Positions 36,798-48,799 of a DNA stretch of 64,000 nucleotides are shown piece after piece. The first letter of the stretch is position 1. Each line of letters begins with the position of its first letter. Source of the DNA: Amphiscolops sp. MND2022 (Eukaryota); contig OZ076409.1 in NCBI GenBank assembly GCA_964187785.1, forward strand, positions 82,586,001 to 82,650,000, in the 5' to 3' direction. The notes beneath the pieces were generated by a model. That model had not been told where the DNA came from. It worked only from the letters and a program-made list of their open reading frames with translations, and searched no databases. Position numbers and translations under genes: made by a program.

Positions 36798-38794
36798 AAA
36801 TGAAAGTGAAAATTCGAGAATAAATGGGGTTCTTTTTCAGTATCCTTCCTCACGTTATAAAACTGAAGTTTAACCCTATTATTTATGCTAACATTTCCTA
36901 AAACACTCTATTCAACTCTATTTTGATGACGTCACAGAATTCACACAACCAGCTATTTTTCAAATATTTGAATCAGGCAAGAATTTGTCAGTCAGTCTGG
37001 AATTCTTTTTTTTTATTTTTCTATCCATCTTCTATTTTTTCGAAGCATTAACTTTTCATCGAAGCTGACATGACAGTTTTGTCCCCTAACAATCAACCCA
37101 ATGAAACGAAAATAATAATTCTCAAGTTCGCGTGATAAGAGTCCTTTTCTCACTTTGAATCTCGAATCGCCATCTGCTCTTTTCAGCTAGCTTTACGGTG
37201 CCAACGTCTGATAAGAAATTAAAATGCATGAATAAATTTGTACTACAGATTGAATGCCTTGAGAGAAATATACTATTCGTTACTGTAGAATATTTTAATC
37301 TCAAAAGCTGTGAAGATTTTGTTTTTGGTCACCTCCCTGTGTTTTTAGGACACTGAGACGGAAGATGAATCAGATGAATCTCCTAAATTGGCGTCGACAC
37401 AAATGATCTGTGTGAGATACTATTTTCACTCAGCTGAACGTTTCGTTGAAGTCTTTTCCCATTTTTTTTTTTCAAAATATGATTTTAAAAAAGACTCCAT
37501 GGGAAATAATTTCTGTACTTTATGTACCTTTGACACATAAGAATACAATTTGTTGGCTTGAATATAAGCAACTTCTTGGAATTTTCCACAAATTTTCCCA
37601 GATTGACCGACAAGGTCGTCACGATAACTAAAATGCGGGATTCTTCTAAAAACCAGTACTCGCTGAATGAAAAAAGTAAATTCTTCTCAACTCCCAGAGC
37701 TAAAGCTAGTTACTAACTTTTATAACGACATTTTCAGAAGTTAGGCCATTTATAGTACCCAAGATCAGACATGTTTGCATATCGATAGTCCTGTCGAATC
37801 AACCGAAATGACCCAGTCTTAGAGACGCAGGAAAAACGGGGACCAACCCAGAATGTTATTATTTATGTTAATATCGGCAGACTCAGCCAATTCTTATGAA
37901 GTTGCTGGCGGATGTTTGAACAGTCTTTTTGAAGTTGAAGGTAATTACTTTCACAAACTTAGGTCAAGTTAGAACGCATTGTCAAAATTTCAGAGCCAGA
38001 TCTAGAAAATTATGACTATGTGATGGGAAACGAATCTTCTTTTTAGTGGTAAATTGGGCCAAAGTTCATTTCAAAAATCAGTTTCAACTTTTTCTATTTA
38101 CAAAAAGCTGATGGAAAAAGAAAAAAAAACTGGTTGAATAAATTAATTGGTATATGAAATGGATGAGTTCATCAGCATATGAAAATCAAATAATTTTCCG
38201 AAATGTCCATTATTTCTTTTGGACTCTCTTGTTGAACAACTATCATATTTGATCCACATTTGGAAATGCTCGAAATGTTATTCAAACACACGCGTGAATG
38301 AATCCCGAAGTTTATATATTAAGTTTATTTATTCGAAAAGAATAATCTGTTGGTTAATGCTATCTACAATGTAAATAGCATTAACCAACCGATTATTTTC
38401 TTCGAGCATATTACTGAAAACTTAGTGACAAAGAGGATGTCTCCCCAGCTACAGACAGAGGCGACATTGGTGTCCTGATTAGGATAGTAACATCTTCGAA
38501 GCCTATTTATATATAACCTTTCGATAAACCCGGTACATTTAAAAAATTCATTGGCTCTAAGCACTTGAGAAATTGGTAATCTGAATGGTAGTGTCCTTCA
38601 TAAGGTGCCGTTTCTACGACACAGCAACGTCGTAGTGCCCATTATAAGGTCTTTTAACATAGGGTCCCTGGTCGAGAAAGGTTGGCGAAGAATCGTCTTT
38701 CTTACGTTACATCATCTGTAGACGGGTTTCAAGGAGCTTGGAGGACTCCAAACATGAAAAACAATTTCAAATGAATAAACAACGTTTGAACAAG

Positions 38795-39167
38795 AACAAG
38801 CCGGGAACGGCCCAAGTCGGCGCCATATCTAAGGCTCAAAAAGACTCAAAAACCACTTTTTCTACAACTGGAGACAACAAAAGCTCTCAAAAAACTAAAA
38901 ATTGAGGAAAAAAATTTCCGATTTTTTTGAATTTTTTTTGAAGTTTCCGGTAAGTCGCATAGTGCCGAAAAATGTAAAAGGGGGGACGCTTCTTATCTCA
39001 TGTTAGACGCTTTGGATGCGTTGAAAATTAAGTACTAAGTATATATGGTAAAAATTGGTAAATGTGCATTAATTGCCTTAATGCACAAAAAGTGGACGTT
39101 CGCGTTGAACTGACGAAAAAAACTAGCCACTGTAAGAGTCGGGATTTTCTTCGAAAACGCCGACTAA
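38795..39167. mobile_element. HINE/DINE-1-like element, shorter copy
   Basis: AACAAGCCGGGAACGGCCCAAGTCGGCGCCATATCTAAGGCTCAAAA ... ACGCCGACTAAAAA. Confidence 0.7.
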
Positions 39168-39349
39168 AAATGAGCTTCATACGTACTGAGGACCGCGATT
39201 GGTTAGATATCAGTGAAACGCACGTAGCACGTGGAAAAAACTTCATGAAAACGTTTTGATTGGAAAATCCGAATGTTCACTTCTCATAGAAAGAAGCTTT
39301 TTTGTGTCCACTTAAGCGGTCCCTAGTCGAACCTGCCGGAAAGTTTTTC

Positions 39350-40132
39350 CCCAGTGTTCGAAGCATGGTATCCTTGTCAAGATCCATGGCAAGTTCCTTG
39401 CTAGCCTTGCCAAGATCTTGCCATGAACTTGCTCTTGCTATGATCTTGGCAAGGATACCATGGCCATGCAAGATCGTGAAAACGCAACCATGATCTTGGC
39501 AAGGATGCCAAGATTAAGCATGTTCTTGACAAGGGGTCCATGGTAGCTAATTCCATTTTTTGGTTACTCTTATTTTCTAATTCTATTCCTTTCTTTTTTG
39601 CACTAGTTTCTATTGCATTCTCGAACGTCAGTAATTTGAACACGTTTCCTCAATAGGTGAGGTTTTAGGAAGATTAACAAATCATAGCTAGAAAAGTTGG
39701 TTTTCACACCGATATTGCAAATCCGCAAGTTGTAATAACTTGATTCGAGATTTGCTTTGTATGATAATTTATGATAGTAGTAACAATGCCGTGCTCTCAA
39801 GTAACAAAACTCGGTCAATAGGTGCAGCAAATTATCAAGAAGTATTGTATACTTTTCAGTTTAAAAAACTTTTTTCGATAAATAAAAGTCATGTCCGAAG
39901 TTATCACAACGGCTCATGCGGAAATTGGAGACGACAAGAAATTTTTGTGAAAAGAATAAATTGTACAATAAAAAGCAGCTCACATGTCTTACCATGGTTA
40001 TCTTGCCATGATCTTGACAAGCGTTCCATGTATCATGATTGGCCATGATCTTGACAAGGGTACCATGGTTAACCATGGTTAAGCAAGATTAACCATGATC
40101 ATGGCAAGCATTCCATGGCTTCGAACACTGGA
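39350..40132. mobile_element. Non-autonomous TIR element (CCC-type) with CCATG/CTTG..CAAG subterminal repeats
   Basis: CCCAGTGTTCGAAGCATGG / CCATGGCTTCGAACACTGG inverted ends. Confidence 0.7.
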
Positions 40133-41507
40133 GAATTCACTTCTTCACTGTCGCGATCACTTTGTTTTCACGTTTAAGGTTCTCAAAGTAAGTACCTTAT
40201 GTAATCACCGTTAATCAAATAGCACGCTACTTTGATACGTATAATGTGACTTCAGTTTATATGCATTGAAATCGCGGTAAAATTATTGACGTCACAGCTG
40301 CTTTCAAACTTAGAATTGAATCTTGATGAAACCTGCAAAACTTCGTGTCTCGGAATTGCCGCCAATTTTAGGATGCCGTTCATAGGCAGCTTGATAAAAT
40401 TAAATTGATTCATTGAAATTTTGATGCATGGAAATCTAGTGGAGAATTTTATAAAATCATGAAAATTATCTTGGTAACCTACAAAAACTTGCAGGTTGTA
40501 AAAAGTTCAAGCAATTTCAACCAGGGGTACCTCAACTTTAGAAATTCCCTTTTGTTTTGAGGGACGAAATACGAGCCAAGTGTTGATTGTTCAATTGTTC
40601 AATTATTATGATCAAATTGTGGTTTTGAATTTCGTCAACGCTGATTTTTCATCTTTTTCAATGGAGTAGAACGAGCCGCGAACTGCAAAAGTTCGCTCCG
40701 CTTTTGGCTCAAAATGAGCAGAATGCTCATGTTTGAATTTCATCAAGGTTAAGTTTTTGGAAACTATCGACACCACCGTAGCAGAAAACATCCAAAAGGG
40801 AAGTTTTTGAGCCTCGAAATATCCTTTTCCCTGAATGAAAACTTTGAAAAAAGTGGAAAACTTTCCGGAAATTTTTTTTGTATACTTTTTTTCGAGAAGC
40901 CCAGCCCACACCACTAAAGAATCCCAAAGGAATCAAAATACGCTTTAGTTCAATTGAAAGCATCAAAGAAACCTAAACCCAAAAAGTTTCCAGAAAAAAT
41001 CTTTCAAAACGTCCGAAAAAAGTCACTTTTTGGCGCTAAAAACTCAAAGGGGACCCTATTAAGAGTTCAGCTTTGCAAACGCTGAAAAGATTTTCAGACC
41101 AGCAAAGAAACTGACTTTCAGAAGTTCGACCACTCGGCCTTCATACACCCGTGCTAAACACTAGGCTAAGCGGCAAGTTAAATACAGGGACAACAAAAAA
41201 TTCGAGGTTTCTTCAGTTTACTTCTCTAAATTTCAGAGCCTTTCAGTTTGCTTTTTTTTGAAAAAAAGTCACTGCTTCAGTCTGCGTTTCCAGCGAAAGT
41301 GCTTGCTAAAACAGCCCTGTGCGATGAAATGTTTAGAAAGTGGAAATATAGACAACACGTTCGAAAAAACTCCTGAATTTTTTCATTGAATAATTTTTGC
41401 TAATTGCTTCTAATCAAGTTTAACCAGTCAATATTGATTTTCAAACCATATAATCAAAAAATTATGGTGTTTTCTTACCTGAAGTGTCTACGCAGTTGTA
41501 AAGACAA

Positions 41508-42506
41508 CCCAGGTTGACCCTCTTACTAGCATCTTGGCTGCCTTGGCAAGATCTTGCCAAATTCTTACTACATCTTGGCAACCATGGATCCCATGGCAAG
41601 ATTCTTGCTAAGATCTTACTAAGATAATACATTATTCCAAGATCGTATCTTATCACGATGGACAAAATTCTAAGATTTTAAAAAACACTATACCTTCGGT
41701 ACAAGCAGCTGAGACTCAATCTGAAGGCTCATTTCACCCAACAACGAGTATTTCTACTCGTTTTAATAATCAAAATGCTCCTACCTGCTGAAAAAATTTT
41801 GCATGCAAAATTGAGCGAAAAATTACGATAACGTATTCTGGCTTCCGAAATTCTTACAAGAATCCTAATAACTCCTCACCTGTTTAAAACTGAAAAATGC
41901 CGAATGTTCCAAATGAAAGGTAATTTTCAAAACTTGTAATTTATTATTCATGTCGATTCCAGAGACGGAGAAAAATGCTCCCAAACGTCCAGAGCCACTA
42001 TCGGAAAGTTACATAAGAAACACCCTAAAAATCCCCAAATTTTAGTAAAATCATATCTTCAACTTTCTGAGCCTATTTCAGCAGCCTTATTACTCCTAGA
42101 AACGGCTGTCATAGTCCCAATTTGGATTATGATTCAACACGAAGCTTATCTGACGCCGTTGTTAGCGATAGTTTTGCAATTGACAGAACAATTTAATTAG
42201 TGACTCCCTAAACATCATCAGGACTCTTCAATGAAATTTTGTACCTTGCGAACAGAAAATTGTCATGTCTAACGATGTAAATCTGCATAGATGTTGATTT
42301 TTGTTGACTTCCTTTCAGATTTTTTCTGGCTTATAGGATTTTACAATAAAATTTTTCTTGGGAACCTGGCTCTCTTGATAAGATCTTACCATGGCAAAAT
42401 GAATACAATGGCAAGATTTTGACAAGATCTTAGCCAAGATTGTTCTAAGATCTTGACAAGATCATGCCAAGATTTTACTAAGATATCCATGGAGGGTAAA
42501 CCCGGG
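41508..42506. mobile_element. Non-autonomous TIR element, CCC...GGG ends, AA TSD
   Basis: CCCAGGTTGACCCTC / GAGGGTAAACCCGGG with AA on both flanks and CAAGATCTTG subterminal repeats. Confidence 0.75.
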
Positions 42507-42762
42507 AATCCTCTAAGTATAGACATTGATATAATATTCTCTTATTAGTGAAATATTTTTATTCAAGAACAAAATGTGCTTTAGTGCTGGGGGGATTCCC
42601 AACAAGATGTAACTGGGGGGAAATAGACCACTTGGTCTGGGTTTTCTGTTACCTTATTAGCAGGTAAGACATATTCATATATTGAGGGAACGACACAGAA
42701 AGAGGACACGGATGTTTCTAACCTGAATTATTTACAGCGATGAAATGCAAAGTTTAGCTTAC

Positions 42763-42916
42763 TTGTTCCGAAATTGGGTCTTCTGTTTCTGTCGTAGTCT
42801 CTAAGGAGAACACTGAAAGACAACTGATCTTCGGGGTTGGGCTGATCTCTGTTCTCTGTTTCCGCTGCTGCTGTTAGAACCAGCAAATGAAGCGTCAGAG
42901 CCAACAAGAACATCAT
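42763..42916 (-). CDS. Probable first coding exon of a Cys-loop (GABA-A/glycine-like) ligand-gated ion channel subunit
   Basis: MMFLLALTLHLLVLTAAA (signal peptide) ...LLRDYDRNRRPNFGT, followed by a phase-1 GTAAG donor at 42762. Matches the LL..YD...RP motif and the intron position after RPNFK in glycine receptor genes. Confidence 0.6.
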
Positions 42917-45900
42917 AGGCACACATGTACGTTTTGATTGCGTAACAATATTAGTGTGAGCATGAATTGGTGTGAAAGTTAACACTGCAATTTTTGACAG
43001 ACTAACCATCAGAAATGATCATCGGAAAATACTATATGCACAGAAAAAAGAAAACTCTGCGAAATATTTCAGTATTTCAAATGTTTTGAAGGCATGATTT
43101 CTTATCAATAAGCAAGAATAAAGAAATGTGATTTGAAAGCAGAGAGAGCAAATCTAATCTGAATTTTTCTTATTAGCATCAAAAGATCATCCAATTGAAT
43201 CTGGAGAAAACTGGATTACCATTTCTCCGGAGTATTTTCTGCTATTTCGGTTGGCTGAAAAAGTGAAGGAAAACATTTTTCATTCATCTATAAAAGAATT
43301 GCAAACGAATTTAATATTTTATGAGGAACGGGAAAAGCTGTAATTCAAGGATCATCTCAGAAAATCTCAAAACCATTTACTAAGGAAAACATTTTCTTTC
43401 AATCTGTTTTTCCTTAGTGCAAAACTTGACACAATTGTCACGACAAATTCCTGTATTAATATAACTAACGACCGAGCTTGAGAAGGTTAAATCAAGGCCT
43501 CGATGTAAGAGTTTAGATTAAAATAGCACTTTTTATTACAGTTTATAAACAAATGAAGTATACCCATGAAAAAAGTCGGAATTGTTTGGTATAAAAGATG
43601 AAACAAGGGCCTAGGTTTCACACAGATTGATATGTAGATAGTAAAAGTCATATATGGTGATGTTTGAAACCAGTACAGTCATACAGTGACAATGTAAAAG
43701 AATAAAACCATGCAAACCATACAATGACAATAGTATGGTCATGGTATGGGAAACATGTTTTTGATACTATGGTCCTCATTCACGAAAATTTCTTTAGCAT
43801 TAAAAACAAGCGGACGAAATCAGAAAACATTTTTTTGAATTTTTTGTTTCTCAATCAAAAGTCTCTAGCCAATGTTTTGAAACATTTTCCGACCGTAATA
43901 TTTCGGCAGACGTTCTGAATAAAAGGAGTTCAGTTAATAGATAATGCGTTGACCGAACTAACAGTAAGAAAAACAAAACTGAAATTTGTTCCCCGAAAAA
44001 ATGGGAAGTTAGAAGAATAAATGTTTCTCACATCAAGTAAAATGGAGCATAGAGAATGCCTTCACCTTGTAAATTTCAAATTCCCAGTTTCAAAACAAAG
44101 GACATTTAACTATTCTTGAACAAAAAATAAGATTTTCTCCTATGTTTGTTGGAAGAAAGTTTGAAACTAAAATCTTTGAACCCTTTTTGGTCTTTCCAAA
44201 CATTTCCAAAAGCAGCGAAGGTTTACCAAGCTCAAAGCCAAATAACTATCGACAATTTCACCAAAATCAAAGATAACAGGCTTTGCTCGCTTTACTTAGT
44301 TCGGATAAAAACATACTGTTCTTGTAAACTTTTTTCACGGGAAGAAACATTTTCATTTCATCAGAATCGCTATCAATTCAGAACAGACATCTCTGAAATT
44401 ACTTGAAAGAAGTTACTTTTTATGATGATTTTTTCCAGATTCCTATCATTGAGAAGTTTCCGTTCAAGAGAAGTTTACCAGCAATTTCTGCCTGAAATTG
44501 ATGGGTGCCGGTGGAAAGCTGTAGAGTACCATTCAGTTGGCCTAGTATTTAACGCGTGCGCCTGCTCAGGGTGACTGGCGCTGAGAAGCAGGTGTGCCTT
44601 GTTCCGAATTTCGCGCTGTGATGAAATGTTCCAAATTTGCAAACGTAGCCGAGATAAAAGGACAACTTTTGGACAACGTTTTTTGAATATTTTGCAACGT
44701 TGTTTCTAGAAAAAATTGATAAGTTTCCAAATAGGACCAATTGATCTGCTTGATATTTTAAAAAGGAGCCAGCGTATGTAACGATAAGCAGTAACTAGAC
44801 CGCTTCATACACTAAGCTTTAAGCTGCTATCCTGTTGTTCGGGTTTTCTTTACCAAAAGTGGTGACAAGCTTCCATTTTGTGGCAATACACCGTGGTTGG
44901 GCACGTTTTTTAGCTGTTACGGTCGTCCAGGTCGTTCGTCGTCCTCTGCTTTTCTCACTGCTTTTTGCTGGCAGGTACTTGGACGAAACATGCTCAACAG
45001 TGCCACGTCATTTTTCATCGAATTTTTGGGCACCATTCAAAATTTCGATAAGGTCCAAAGTTGACGTTACACCATGTAACCAACGAGCTCATGAGTTTTT
45101 GACTATGAGCGACTTTTGGAGAAACAACCTTTCCGTATAACATCTATTTTTAAATGTTCAGTTAGGGAAGAGCGTTTTTCGAGTGTCCAAATGGTCCGCG
45201 GTAATTTTTTATGCACTGTGAGATTTATTCTGTCCCCGAGCATATTCAAAAGATTCTACTTTTTCTGAGTTCTAAGCTAAGCGACGACTCAGGCCGTTCC
45301 GGGCTTGTTTTACGTTGAAAATATTGACACTTGATTAGGACGCACAAACGTCAACTGACAAACGCATCAATAATCCTGGAAGTCAGAGAAAAGCAGTGAA
45401 AATCAAGCAGATATTGTTATTCTGAAGCTCAAAAATTATTTCAACAAAAATAATTTTCTATTGAAAATATCGCACTGTTATTTTTAACAAAGCTGTACGA
45501 TTACGGTAGTGCCTCTTATGAAACATTAATGGAACGGAGTGAATGATTTTTTGGCAAAATAAAAATTACGTAATTTTGGATATGCTTGCCCATATCTAGT
45601 GAAACCTTAGATTCATCCTCCAATTATTGATAAAAGTTTCTTGCTTTCTTCTATCATAATTGTTATATATTTTTTTGCCAGTGTAGCATAATTGACGCCT
45701 TTGTGCAGAGCAGTCTTGAAGCTACTATGTAAGCACTGCTGCAAAGCAAATATCGCTTACTAAAAACAAACAAAAAATAAAGTTTGATGCGAAAGCTGCA
45801 GATGTCACTTTGGTGTCCACCAGTGGGACTTCCGTGGCCACCGGTGGATTGCGATTGATTATCAATCCGGGTTATTACTGTCGAGTTGACCTGCATACAA

Positions 45901-46749
45901 TTGAAGAAGCAGTGGGAAAAATGCTATATATGGAAACGGTTTTATCTTGAACTATGAGCTACAAAAAACCCAAAAGTTGAAAATTTTAAAATTCTCAAAA
46001 TAATCGCTAGGTGCCGAGAAATCATTTATGCTCGCTCAACGTCTTGCCGAACGCTCAAAATAGGGTACCCTTTCATGAAAGTAGAAAATTCTCGAAAAAC
46101 AATGACAGACAGCCGAAACAACTAAGCAGGACACTTTTATCTCTTTAATAGCTAAAGGTTTGTGCTAAACTGTTGCTTACGTTTACTTGTGATTTCGATG
46201 GATATTCATTGCAACAGAATCATCCGAAACGTGGTACTCAACCGAATAAAACCGTCAATAGTTGAGAAGGAAGCAGGATGAAGTTCAAGTCCTCAAGGCC
46301 GCAAAGTAGTAGCGGAATAGGCAGTTCTGCATCTTAAAAACGGTGCCCTTTCCGGATACTATACCCCTAAAGACCCAGAGCAAGCAACATTGTCATCATT
46401 GAAACTAAATGGTCAGTCGAGTCTCGGCTTGAAGTTGTGACTTCCAAGTAACTTGCGAAAATCACAGAGTCGGATTTTTGTCGTTGCTGAATTTTGTTCT
46501 GTTAGTCCGCCGATTGCGTTTTTTAACCTAGACCTGTGCACTAAGCTAAGAAAGACGAACATGCAGAAAGCCAACATTGGTGTGTTGACAGAAATTCGAA
46601 AATCGAATATGCGCCAAAAGAGGACAAGTGCTCTAGCCACAACACAATGATCCCGATCCCCAAAAATCGAAAACAAATTAACGTAATCAGTTTATTCATC
46701 AATCTCACAATAAAAAGGCAATCTTTCTAAAGTGATAAACATGGCTTGC

Positions 46750-48780
46750 TTTGAGTTGTTCTTTTTTCGTATTGACACCAACAACACCTTGTACAAAAAC
46801 AACAATAACGGCTCAAAAAATAGTTTCTTTGTTCATTTAGAAATTTATTTCCCCAAAATTTACGAATTTCCGTTAGAAAATAATGTGTCTTTAGAAAAAT
46901 GTCTAATGCGATGATCGTCGAATACACTGATGTCAACATTTTGCATTGGAATATTTAGTGTTAATTTGGAAAGAACAAAAGCTGTAACACGCAATGGGTT
47001 AACAAAAGAATTTTGTATTTGAAGATCTATGGTACCAGTGGAAGTACTTATTTTACCACCACAGGCGGAAAACTGAGCTGCGTTGCTTTGGTAACTGTAA
47101 TTTCAGAGAAGCATCATCGGTGATGAGAGATGTTTGAGAGCCAGAATCTAGAAGAGCCCGCAAGGAAGCAACACCCTGCTTACCCTGCACTTGAACTACT
47201 GCTTTAAATTAAAATTACTTTTTGGAACTTGTGGCACTGTGAGAGGTAACAATGGTTTCGTCTGTCTTCTGAACCTCTACAGTAGCTGAATTGGCTCCGA
47301 TATCTTTTTGTCGATGAAGCGATGTGTCATTACAGTGCCAAAAGTGAGTATTTTGAACTTTTGCAGCGAATTTCGCTGGACGGCAGTTTTGAAAAGCGTG
47401 CAGCGTAATCCATTAACAAATGCTTTTACGTTGCAGTCGATTCCACTTATTTGCATAATTTTTTAGCGAATTCCGCTGCAAAAAAAACATTGGATTCCAC
47501 TATCAAATACCTTAAACATTAGGATCTTGCAGTGGATTCCACTTAACACTGCCGTGGATTCCACCAAACGCTGCAGTGGACTCCGCCGATGGCCGCAGTG
47601 GAATCCACCATTGGCTGTAGTGAACTCCACTGCAGTGTTTCAATAGAATTCTGGCAATTTCTTTCAACAAAAAGTATCAACCATCGAAAAAAGTGGATTC
47701 CATGTACTTCAGCGCCTAAAAGTTCTTCCTTCACGTGTTCAGTTTTGAGGATGAGAAACATTTTCACAATCAGCAATGGTCATAAAAAAAGGATTCAGAA
47801 TTTCTTCATTTGGTTAAAAATTTTTACTGGAGAGTTTTTGTCAATCAATTTATTCTGATACTCGCACTTTACTGCTTTAGTTTGACTGTTCTCTTTTTCA
47901 TTCTTTGATTGAATCATAGTGGACGTCAAATTTTCACACAAAACTCTTGCGTGTACTTTAAGTATAACTAGTTTTCGGTGATGAGAACGATTACATTCTT
48001 TGCATTTACTAGCACTTGCGCTTTCTTCAAGACGATGTCCATACCGAAGGCAGTTGAAGCATAATCTTTTTTTTAAAAAAAGACTGTTTTTTCGTCAATA
48101 GTCAGTTCACTGTACTTTGGAAAAGTGTAAGGTATGTGTTTTTGTCGACAGGAAAGGCAAATTTCGACGGAGTGTGTACCTGTATAGATTTGATTATGTT
48201 TTTGTATGTTCTGTTGCGATGGATATTTGTGTTCATTGTAAAAGCGCTTCGGACTGTGGCGTTGATGCTTCAAGAGCATTGCATCTTGTCTCAATGAAAG
48301 TTTTTAGTGCATCCTACGTTTGTAAATTTGTACCAGGTGAAGCAATTTCCGATTGTCGTCGAATTTCTATGTCTAATCGTTCTGTTACAAGGAAACCGAG
48401 AAAGAGATCGTAATGTTCCACCGGCACACCCAATGTTTGCAAACTTCAACGATGTTCTTCTATTCCTTCAAATAGGTTCCACAAGTCCTGGCTATTGTCG
48501 TTCCGCAATTTGGGTAAATTGAAGATGCTTTTGACATGAGCTCGCGCAATCATACGTGGGTTGTCATAACGTTTTTTTCAAAACTTCGACTGATGTTACA
48601 TAATTATTATCTATTACAGTAAAAGAGGACAAAAATTTGGCGTCATCGACTGTTAATGAAGCTTTCAAATAATGCACTTTCTGTGAGTGTGTCAGAGTAG
48701 TTTTTGAATCACCGGAACTGTTAAAAAGATCAATGAAAGACGTCCAGTTTTTGTAAATTACCACTGAAATTAGGAAGATT
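46750..48780 (-). pseudogene. BEL/Pao gag + aspartic protease (inverted; interrupted at about 47328-47977)
   Basis: WTSFIDLFNS..QKVHYLKASL (DUF1759-like); CLSCRQKH; LCFNCLRYGH..CKECNRSHH|TSLH; LRALLDSGSQTSLIT. Confidence 0.85.
47328..47977. mobile_element. Insertion with repeated short palindromes splitting BEL gag
   Basis: Interrupts the HH|TSLH codons; contains repeated CAGTGGATTCCACT and CAGCGAATTTCGCTG motifs. Confidence 0.6.
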
Positions 48781-48799
48781 CAATTTTGGTAATCTTGTA

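Noticed and set aside
36123..36873. K/F-rich ORFs in the track over repeats, and antisense ORFs over TE genes throughout the window
   Set aside because: By-products of low-complexity repeats or shadow frames of real genes; no protein motifs.
40255..40332. Minus-strand VSSRFNSKFESSCDVNNF after a TTTTGCAG acceptor as a Cys-loop exon
   Set aside because: Lacks the FP.D.Q.C motif and runs into a stop with no clear donor.
46409..46430. TGGTCAGTCGAG as the BEL primer binding site
   Set aside because: Too degenerate, and no matching LTR pair could be identified.
47360..47710. Short palindromic repeats resembling a CRISPR array
   Set aside because: Irregular spacing, degenerate units, no cas genes and a eukaryotic context; these are subterminal repeats of an inserted element.
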